Of a DNA stretch of 64,000 nt, positions 49,371-58,607 are shown piece after piece. The stretch is from Cyanophora paradoxa CCMP329 (taxonomy: Eukaryota; Plantae; Glaucophyta). The number at the start of each line of letters is the position of its first letter. Positions within the stretch are counted from its first letter, which is position 1. The stretch is from assembly GCA_004431415.1 (NCBI GenBank), contig QPMI01000569.1, positions 1-64,000 on the forward strand. The letters are read 5' to 3'. The position numbers and the translations under genes are program-made. Under the pieces are notes generated by a model. It worked only from the letters and a program-made list of their open reading frames with translations. It was not told the DNA's origin and ran no database searches.

Positions 49371-50581
49371 GGGACTAGTGCATTAGGGCAGCGGCAGGGC
49401 GGCGGCGCAGATGCGCTTTCGAAGCCTTCAGGAAACACTATAAGCTTTTCCCAGAGCTATAAGAAAGTGATACAAGGCCGCCTGGCATGGGCATGTGGCG
49501 TGATCTACATCAAGGTCTGAGAACCAGTCGATTCTGACCGCGCACTTTTTGGATGTTCTTGCCGGCGCTGACGACATTAAGACGATCAATAGGGCATCCA
49601 ATCTGCCGTTGAAGTGAGATCAATGCTGCCGCTGCAAGGTGCAGCGCAACCGCTCGCCTTGAACACTTCCTCCCTGTCGACCTCAGGATCCTGCCGCAGG
49701 AATCAGAGATCGGAGAGCATCCGCGTTACGAACAGGGCGCACATCAAACAGCAGATCCGCATCGAACTGCTCTCCCGCCAGGGACGCGAGGTCGGCGATG
49801 CGCGGCGCCGCTGCCGTCGCCATTGCTTACCCCGGCCGCGGCGAGCGGCAAAGAGCTAGAGGCAACGTTTCTACAGCGATACGAAGCTATCGCTGCTCCA
49901 CAGGCGGTCCGACGGAACTTGAGAAGCGGACCGCCGGCGCCACGGATGAGGCAAGAGATGTTAGCTGCAGCCGCAGAACGTTTCTCCAGCGTGTGGGCGA
50001 TCTGGGAAGGTGCGGAGCGGCCGGGGCGGCCTGCGACTCTGCTCGGCTGCGAGACGTGCAAGTTTTGAAACTCTGTACCCTTTCGGATCTCACCGATTCG
50101 CATTGCAAATTTGCCAAAAAAAACTGAAGGTTGCAATCCGAACGTCCATTTCGATTATTCATGCACACGCACGCCGCGCGACATCGCGATCGATCGCGAG
50201 ATTCGCGAGATATCGTCGACGGGCGGTCGGACCAGACCGGTAGGCTGCGGCGGTAGCCTAGTAGGTCCGGTACCAGCCTGGCGCCGGCACTGCGGCAGAA
50301 AGATTGGCCGAACCTGTTGGACGTGCACATGCATGCGCACAGAATCGCCACAGATGTAGACCGTCAAGGCCAGAATTTAAGGAAAGACCAGAAGCTCAAG
50401 GAGAAAGCATGCACATGCGCATTCATAGCGCCGCGATTGACATCCCCCGCGCGCAACCCGCTGCGGCGCCTAGCCGGGGGAGCGATTTCTGTGTCATAAT
50501 TTACAGCGGGCGTTGTGTACAGTGGGAGTGGGGGCGCGGGCTGCAGGGAGGAGGGGCGGGGGCCCCGGCCCCGGCCTCCGC

Positions 50582-53191
50582 CTAGAAGATGCCGCGGCGG
50601 CGGCTCTGCTTCTCGTCGAGGACGCGGGCGACGCCGACGAGGTCGTTCATGGCGCTCGTGCTCTTCGTGATGCTGGCGAGGTACGTCACGAGCAGGCCGT
50701 CGTTGTACTCCTGCCCCGCCGGCCCCGAGCGGCGTGAGCAGCCGGCGCGCGGGGCCGGAGCGAGCGGCGGCGGGGCGGGGCGGGGCGAACGGAGAGGAAC
50801 TCGGAGTGGAAGTTGGCCGAGTCGATGGCGGGGAGGCGGTTGCAGAGGGACGAGATCATGCGGAGCACGCGGTGGTCCCTCGGCACGGCCCCTGCCCCGC
50901 GCGTCGCGCCGGGCCGGGGCCGGCGGGCGAGGGAGCGGGGCGCGGGGCGCGGACCCTTGCGCGTCGCGTCGAGGAACTGGTGGATGATGCGGAGGCGCAC
51001 GGAGAGCATCTTGATCGCGTTGTGCATGCCCGAGAGGTGCGAGATGACTGCGTGCGGGCGTCCCGTGAGCCGCTGGGGCCCGGCGCGGGGGACGGGGGGC
51101 GGGGCGGGCGCGCACGCTGGGCGCCGGGGCCCTCGCCGACGGGCGCGATCCGCGCGACGTGGTCCACAGCGATGCGCTCCGCCTGCGGGGCCGCCCTCAG
51201 CCTCCTTCCCAGCCGCGCCGCTCGTGCGGGAGGCGCCGCGCCGCTCCGGCGCACCTCGAGCGTCTCGATCTTGAACGGCACGCGCACGAAGATCGTCTTC
51301 GGGATGTCGTTGATGACGTGCAGCTCCGACTCGTACACGTACACGGGCAGGTCCTGCGAAGCACGCCGGCGCTCAGATCCCGCTCCGAGGCAGGCCGGCG
51401 TCGCCGGCGAGAAGGCCCGGAGCGGCGCGGGGCACCTTCGAGGAGGGTTTCACGAAGGGGTCTACCATGAGGTACAACGGGCTCTCGTTCACTTCCATGA
51501 TCTGCGGGGAGGAACTGGAATTAGATCCGGAGCGCCCGGCGGCGCGCGAAGCAGAGAGTGGGAGAAACGGGCTGCTCTAGATGCATGTATTCACCCAACG
51601 GAACGGGCGGGGACTAGGGACCCCGACAGTTCTATAGAATGAAATAATTCTCCCCGACGCATGAAGGAAGGAAAGGCACGCCCCGAGGGGACTGCCGCCT
51701 TCCGATTAAGAGGGGGATGAACAATGAGACAGAAAGCTAGAAGGAGGAAGGCATGTCCTCAGCCTGTCGGAACGGCGGAATCATTCTAGTGTCCGTGCCG
51801 TTTCCTAAGGAGAGGTTTCGTCTCCCCGACGCATGAAGAAAGGTAAGGCACGCCCCGAGGGGACTGCCGCCTTCCGATTAAGAGGGGGATAAGTTGCCAA
51901 ACAGAGAGCTAGGAGGAAGGCATGTCCTCAGCCTGTCGGAACGGCGGAATCATTCTAGTGTCCGTGCCGTTTCCTAAGGAGAGGTTTCGTCTCCCCGACG
52001 CATGAAGAAAGGTAAGGCACGCCCCGAGGGGACTGCCGCCTTCCGATTAAGAGGGGGATAAATTGCCAGACAGAGAGCTAGGAGGAAGGCATGTCCTCAG
52101 CCTGTCGGAACGGCGGAATCATTCTAGTGTCCGTGCCGTTTCCTAAGGAGAGGTTTCGTCTCCCCGACGCATGAAGAAAGGTAAGGCACGCCCCGAGGGG
52201 ACTGCCGCCTTCCGATTAAGAGGGGGATAAATTTCCAAACAGAGAGCTAGGAGGAGGAAGGCATGTCCTCAGCCTGTCGGAACGGCGGAATCATTCTAGT
52301 GTCCGTGCCGTTTCCTAAGGAGAGGTTTCGTCTCCCCGACGCATGAAGAAAGGTAAGGCACGCCCCGAGGGGACTGCCGCCTTCCGATTAAGAGGGGGAT
52401 AAATTGCCAAACAGAGAGCTAGGAGGAGGAAGGCATGTCCTCAGCCTGTCGGAACGGCGGAATCATTCTAGTGTCCGTGCCGTTTCCTAAGGAGAGGTTT
52501 CGTCTCCCCGACGCATGAAGAAAGGTAAGGCACGCCCCGAGGGGACTGCCGCCTTCCGATTAAGAGGGGGATACCGAATGTGACAGTAGAAAAATAGCCT
52601 GCCCCGAAGGCCCCTTGATACCAAGCTTCAGAAATGCGCACTGTCTTGTGGATGTGCAGGTCGGTGTTGTAATTGATTTCAGAGCCAGAAGAATACCACC
52701 CGAGCACGTCGTAATTGGGGAAGACTTTCTTGTCTGCACCGCGATCAGAAAGCGCCAAGAGACCGAAGCACAAGGCGCACATTGCTCCTGCTTTGTTCTC
52801 ATGAAGGAGGAGTTGATCTGTATGAAACCATCCGCCTCGTCGTACAACAACTCGAAAGAATTGAAGATCTCCACATTGCGGCCGCTCTGGATGCCCAGCA
52901 AGCAACCTGCGGACCGGTCAGACGGGCGGAAGGTGTACGCGCGAGGAACGCGAACCTATGACGCGCAAAGGGCCTCGCATCGCGCGCATACGGGTGTAGT
53001 GGTCGGAGATGTTGATGATGACAAGAGGATGGAGGGAGACATTTGACGCGGAGGACGAAGTGGAGGCGGTCGGCGCGGGCTCAGTCGAAGGACCCGCCTT
53101 CGACTGGCTTGACGAAGGTCCCGCTGCGCGGCGGATCGTGAGCAGGAGACGGGCTCGATGAGCGCGAACGCGAAGTCAGCGCACCGCTCAT
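50582..53191 (-). CDS. CSN6: COP9 signalosome subunit 6 (MPN domain)
   Basis: SLHPLVIINISDHYTR, GCLLGIQSGRNVEIFNSFEL, YKKVFPNYDVLGWYS, MEVNESPLYL, DLPVYVYESE, ETLE|AERIAVDHVA, HNAIKML, SLCNRLP, EYNDGLLVTYLASITK. One 1140-nt intron at 51502-52641. Confidence 0.95.
51649..52586. repeat. intronic tandem array, about 5.5 copies of a 169-172 bp self-complementary unit
   Basis: Units start (tctccccgacgcatgaag) at 51649, 51821, 51990, 52159, 52331 and 52503. Confidence 0.97.
51661..51720 (+). CDS. putative repeat-encoded micropeptide MK(K/E)GKARPEGTAAFRLRGG; other copies at 51833-51892, 52002-52061, 52171-52230, 52343-52402, 52515-52583
   Basis: ATG...CGA TTA AGA GGG GGA followed by a stop in five copies (TGA in copy 1, TAA in copies 2-5) and by YRM-stop in copy 6. 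Translation is unproven. Confidence 0.3.
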   Translation: MKEGKARPEGTAAFRLRGG

Positions 53192-53626
53192 CCGGCGTTC
53201 TTCGCGAGCGGTGGTTGGAGACGCGAGCTTCTGAAGATCGCTTGGCTCCGGCGCGGGTGAGGGTGGTTCGGACGCGGCAGTCGGTGTGGCGCTCTCGCTC
53301 GATGTGGTGATAACGAGAGAACTAATTGCGGGCACGAGCGCCTCCGGCTGCTTGCAATTCGCGGACCCCAGTTCAGAAAGCGCTTTTGCCGATGGGGGAC
53401 CCAGGGGGAGTGATACCGGGATACAGAGTTCGAAAGGCTCGGCGCCCGCGGCAGTCTCACCAGCGAACCGCGCTTTCTCATCTCCTTGCAGCAGCGAAGA
53501 GACTCGCTAGCGAACCGCATTCGGCGGTCCGAGCCACGGGACCAGTTCGGAGCGGGCGCGGCTAGTCGGACACAACTAGCTGCAGTCGTAGAAGCGGAAG
53601 CGCCAAGAGCAACCAATAGCGGCGAC

Positions 53627-55920
53627 ATGATATCAACTCTGTATTTCCTGAATTCCAGGGGCGAGACCATCATCTTTCGGCACTACCGCGACGACGTGAG
53701 GTGCGGCGTCTGCTCGGAGCGCGCGTATGGCACCCTAGCTATTCATTCCATTCATCACGAGCCTGGGCGCGCAGCCGCACGGCGGCCGAGGCATTCCGCT
53801 TCGAAGCCATCTCGCACAAGGAGACCGGGACTCCGATCCGCATCATCGGCAACACTCTCTTCTGCAGCATCAAAGTCAACAATGTGTACGTGGTGGCAAC
53901 CACCAAGCGGAACGTGAATGCGGCCATGGTCATGGCGTTCCTGTACAAGACGGTCGAGGTCCTGAAGTCGTACTTCGGAGGGAAATTCGACGAGGACAGC
54001 GTCCGCAACAACTTCATTCTCATCTACGAGCTTCTGGATGGTACGCAGCGCGCGTGGGCCCCCTTCAGCTCGCGCTGCAGCGTCGTTCAGTCCGCCTGAG
54101 CCGCTCCCTGCAGAAATCCTGGACTTCGGCATCCCCCAGATATGCGATGAGAAGGCGCTCAAGGAATTCATTCTGCAAAAGGGAGAGGTCACAGAGGAGA
54201 TCAAGGCGCGCTCCGCACAGGGCCTGCCCCCCTTTCGACAGCTGACGGGGCCTGGGGAGCGCAGAAGGGCAACGCGGGGGCGCTCACGAACCACATTACG
54301 GGCGCGGTGACGTGGAGGCGAGAGGTGCTCCCGCATCGCCCGCGTGCGCGGCGTCGCCGGGCCGCACTCAGCGCCTTCGTAGGGCATCAAGTACCGGAAG
54401 AACGAGGTGTTCATCGACGTGGTGGAGTCCGTGAATCTGCTCGTCTCAGCGAAGGGTGCGCGCCGCCCGCGCTGTGCTGGCGCCCCGCGTCCGACGGGCC
54501 ACCCCCGCGTCAGGCACTGTCCTGCGCGCGGACGTCGCCGGCCAGATTCTAGTGAAGTGCTATCTTTCCGGCATGCCGGAGTGCCGGTTCGGTGAGCCCG
54601 CTCGCTCGCGCGCCTTCCGGAGCGGTCGCGCGGCGCGGGCGCGGGGCGACGCCGCCGGCGCAGGGATGAACGACAAGATCTCGATCGACAAGGGGGACGG
54701 GAAGTCTTCGAAGAAGTGCGCGCCCCGCCGCCTCGCCGGCGCCGCGGTGCCGGGCGCCGCCGAGCGCGGGGGGCGGCAGGAAATCGGGGTCGGGCATCGA
54801 GATCGACGACGTCAAGTTCCACCAGTGCGTCAGGCTGAGCCAGTTCGACCAGGTGCGCCGCCCGCGTCCCCCCGCCCGCCCCCCCGCCCGACCCGAGCCG
54901 ACGGGGCATCGCAGGAGCGCACAATCACGTTCATCCCCCCCGACGGCGAGTACGAGCTCATGAGGTGCCGCCCCCCCGCTCCCTGCGTCGCCGTACCCCC
55001 GGACCGAGCCGCGCGGTGTATCCCCAGCTACCGGATCACGGACAACATCAACTACCCGTTCAAGGTCATCCCGATCGTGAAAGAGCTGGGGAGGACGCGC
55101 CTTGAGGTCCCCCCGGCCCCGCCCCCCGCCCTCACCGCGCCCCGCGCAGCCTTTCGCGCGCTGACGCTGCGCCGCAGGTGAACGTGAAAGTAAAAGCGCA
55201 GTACAACGCGAAGCTCTTCGCCCTCAACACGATCATCAAGGTCCGCGCCGCCGCTCCCCGCTCCCCGGGCGGCCGGCGCCGGCCGCCGACGGGGCGGGGC
55301 AGGTGCCGTGCCCGAAGAACACGGCGCGGGCGACGAACGTCGTGAGCGCCGGCAAGGCCAAGTACGAGGCCGAGCACGACGCCATCGTCTGGAAGCGCGC
55401 ACCCCGCCCCGGCTCTGCAACGCCGTACCCCCGCCCGGCTCATTCCCCCTCCCCCCAGGATCCGGAAGTTCCCGGGGGACGCGGAGGTGACGCTCTCGTC
55501 GGAGATCGAGCTCGTGGCGTCCGCGACGGGGAACAAGCCCTGGAGCCGGCCCCCCATCAGCATGGAGTTCCAGGTCCTCTACCCCCCTCCCCTTCTTGCA
55601 TCTCGTACCCCTCTCATCGGCCCTTGTCCCCCCCCCCCCCCCCCCCCCCAAGGTCCCGATGTTCACGGCCTCGGGGCTGCACGTTCGGTTCCTGAAGGCG
55701 CGCGGGCCGGCGCCTCGGACCGGCTTCCCGCGCCCTGAGCGGGGCCGGCGCAGGTCATAGAGAAGCGGCTGAACTACCAGACCATCAAGTGGGTGCGGTA
55801 CATCACCAAGGCAGGCTCCTACCAGCTCCGGTGAGCCCCCTGCCCTCTCTGTGCCCCCCTCCGCGGCCCTGGCGGGCCCCCGACCTCCCTCGACCCCCCG
55901 CTCGCAGAATCAACGCGTGA
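53627..55920 (+). CDS. AP2M1: AP-2 adaptor complex mu subunit
   Basis: MISTLYFLNSRGETIIFRHYRDDV, NNFILIYELLD|EILDFGIPQ, TGAVTWRRE|GIKYRKNEVFIDVVESVNLL, LSGMPECRF|GMNDK, FHQCVRL, FIPPDGEYELM, WSRPPISMEFQ|VPMFTASGLHVRFLK, IKWVRYITKAGSYQLR. About 15 introns; stop at 55920, or at 55834 if the last intron is retained. Confidence 0.96.
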
Positions 55921-56787
55921 GGTCTCCGTGCTGCGCTTGCCCCCCAGCTCTCCACTCGCCTGCGACCCCGGCGCTCTCGCTCTGTCTCCTCCCCCGCCGT
56001 CCCCTCGTCCTTCACCTATCCAGCGCCCGCCCCCCGCCCGAGCCCATGTGCTTTCTCGATTCTCCGTGCCTCCCTGTCAACCGATCTTTCGATGTACAGT
56101 ATTAATACAGCGTAGACCAATTGCAATTGCGAAGTCGGCGCGTACGGCCCCGGCCCGTGTCAAAGTATAGCTAGAATTCGAACGGCGCGGCATTGCCAGT
56201 CATGCCGGCGCCGGCGCCTGGGGCCGCCGGGCCGGCCGCGAACATGTACACGGCCGGGCGGGCCCGTGGATCGGACTATGAGTAGTATCGCGTTCGAGCA
56301 AGGAACGGGGCATCGATCAAGACACCTGTACTTGGATTCACATTCGTAGTATTACATTGTTAGCAAATACTGATAGGGAGTCCAATGAGATCGAGCACTA
56401 TCTATGCGTCGTCCCCACCTGACCGACAGATCCTCGAGATAAAGCACACGCAAAAACTTAAGCTGAGAACTGCACGAACTGCACGATACTGATGATGTAC
56501 GCTGAACTGTTGTGTCTTCTACATAGATCTGAATGGAAAGTTTTCTAGCATGTGCAACCTACTGCTGTCGAAGACAGGCTGGACAAGCGGCGAAAGGAGA
56601 GGAGGTCTGAAGACATGGTTTGTACACGCCGGCGGGGCCAGCAGCGAGAGGGGCGCCGGACCGGCGGGATAAAAGCGCGTGGAAAAGAAAAAAGAAAATC
56701 GGAGCCTTGAAAAGGAAAATTGAGCGTCCGGGGGAGCCCCGCGAGATCCTAGAGCTGGGAAAACGCCCCGGCAGCTGTTGCAGCGCG

Positions 56788-58106
56788 CTATTGCGTGTGC
56801 TGCATCGTCGGGACGCGGGCGAGCATGGCGTCCAGCTCGAAGTCTCCGGAGAGACCGCAGGAAGCGCTGTAGGTTTGGCTGTGCAGGTTGATGGAAGTTG
56901 GGCTGCGCGCCGCACGTCGTCAGACCCCGAGACAGAAGATGAGTTATCAAACGACGACGCACCTGTGAATCATCATATCTCGCCTCCTGTCGTAATCGGA
57001 GTCGCTGTAGCGGTCGTAATCGCTGTCATAGTACTCCACCGCTTCGCGCGACACCCCGCCGTTCTCCTGTGGGAAGAACAACGTTCGGAACCGCGCAAAG
57101 GAGCTCAAAAGAGAGCTGGGCACCTCAGCAATCGGATCCAAAAAGCTGGGGACGCGCCGGAGCGATGCGCAAGACCGACTCTTCTTTGGACCACTGTTGG
57201 GGGTGCCGTTCAGAGTGTAGTACCTGCGGGAAGGAAGTTAGTCTCTTTCAGAGCGCACATAAAGAGAGACACAGTAGCGCCGCTGACCCGATCTGGCCGG
57301 AAGGCTTCACGTAAGCTGCGGCACTGCCGCCGTTCGTGTTGGCGTGCGGCCGCTGGCCGTGGCCGTGGCTACGGCGTGGATGATGGTGGGGCACATGGCG
57401 GCCCGGATGCGGCCCAGTATGGTGGTGCGGCGGGTGCGGCGTCGCCATGGGTGTCTCGACCGGAGCAGCGGTCATGACGAGATTCGGCGCGCTTTCCCGC
57501 TTGACGCATTCCACAGTCGACTGCATCGATCCCCAGAACGCGTGCACGGTCGCCTGCACGGAATGTGAGCGCGGCCAGACGGGCAGGGGTCAAAACGGCG
57601 GACCTCGGTCACGCCGGTGAGGCCCGCGAGCACTCTGTTGCCACTGCAAAGCGTCTCCCACTGCACGTCAGAGCCATTCTTGGTGATAAGCTGCGCGTAG
57701 AAACCGAAAATGAGACGCCCCGCGCGACAGAACGCGAACCGCAACCTTGCACCTTCCACTCCGCGTAGTCGAAGGCCCCCAGGTCGACCGAGCCAGACCA
57801 AAGAGGGAAAGACTTCTCGTCGGTCTTCAGCGGAACGCTGTGGTCTGGATTCCAGCACCCAATCTCGGGCACACTGCCCACGACGTGAACTGCGCAAGCG
57901 AACCATGTCAGGCCGCACGAATTTTGTTGGGGGTCTAAGCCACAAATTAGGTATCTATGACACTATTCGAAACGGATTTAGGAAGCAGGTTCAGGCCGCG
58001 CGCTTGGGTCGCGAATGTGACCCGCATCGAGCGACGACGGGGCGGTGACCGCACCACAATCGCCGAGCTTTGTGTCTCCGTGGGTTACACGGAAGTTGAT
58101 GATCAT
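56788..58106 (-). CDS. CBM20 (starch-binding domain) protein with His-rich and acidic disordered tail; start and end approximate
   Basis: Spliced MIINFRVTHGDTKLGDC|VHVVGSVPEIGCWNPDHSVPLKTDEKSFPLWSGSVDLGAFDYAEWK|LITKNGSDVQWETLCSGNRVL fits the CBM20 pattern (VVGSxxELGxW, PxW, ExK, WE...NR). Confidence 0.8.
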
Positions 58107-58607
58107 CTTTTCGGCCCAAGACCGGCTCTTTCGGAAGGTTGTCAACTGGGAGATTCCGGCTCCGCGCTCCCGCGGTGCCGCTTGTGTTGAATCTGAATCA
58201 CCTAGAGAGCTGCTCGAACGCCGCCGAAGCTCATGCGCCGCGCCGTCGACGAAGAGCAGACGTCGGCGCAGTCAATCCCGTGCGCGCGTCTGTACCCCGG
58301 TGACTTCGTCCCCCCTAGGGAAGAAATCGGAAGACTTCGAAGTGACGCGATGACGTTGACCTGGTCTTGTCTTCGAATTCGATCAAGATTCAACCCGTCC
58401 TGTCAGGCTCTGCAGTTCGCGCAGTTTCTTCAACGCTGACGTGACAACACGGCGCTACTACCGTGGTACGCCGGCGCCTAGCGGCCCTAGCGGCCTAGCC
58501 TAGCAGGGCTACGTATGCTATTACGTATACGTATACGCGGGTGGGGCGCGTGGCCGCGCGGCGGCCGTGCGGCTGTACAGGCGGAGGGGGCGCGGGCGGG
58601 CGGGGCG

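Noticed and set aside
49400-50500. Additional gene between the unknown protein and CSN6
   Set aside because: Short ORFs on both strands with no recognisable motif or consistent splice model; may be 5' exons or UTR of the 47267-49370 gene.
51649-52586. U1 snRNA or spliced-leader RNA array (CTTACCT / AAG-GTAAG, about 170-nt unit)
   Set aside because: No Sm site and no U1 loop I or loop II (AUUGCAC) motifs.
51649-52586. Hammerhead or hairpin ribozyme (minus-strand CTGAGGA and GACGAAAC; plus-strand AAACAGAGA)
   Set aside because: The core motifs cannot be joined by a valid stem II, stem III and UH site, and hairpin-ribozyme loop B is absent.
51649-52586. CRISPR array or intact polyubiquitin gene
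   Set aside because: The constant part is about 160 bp with related 10-nt variable parts and no cas genes in a eukaryotic context. The unit is not 228 bp and lacks the rest of the ubiquitin sequence.
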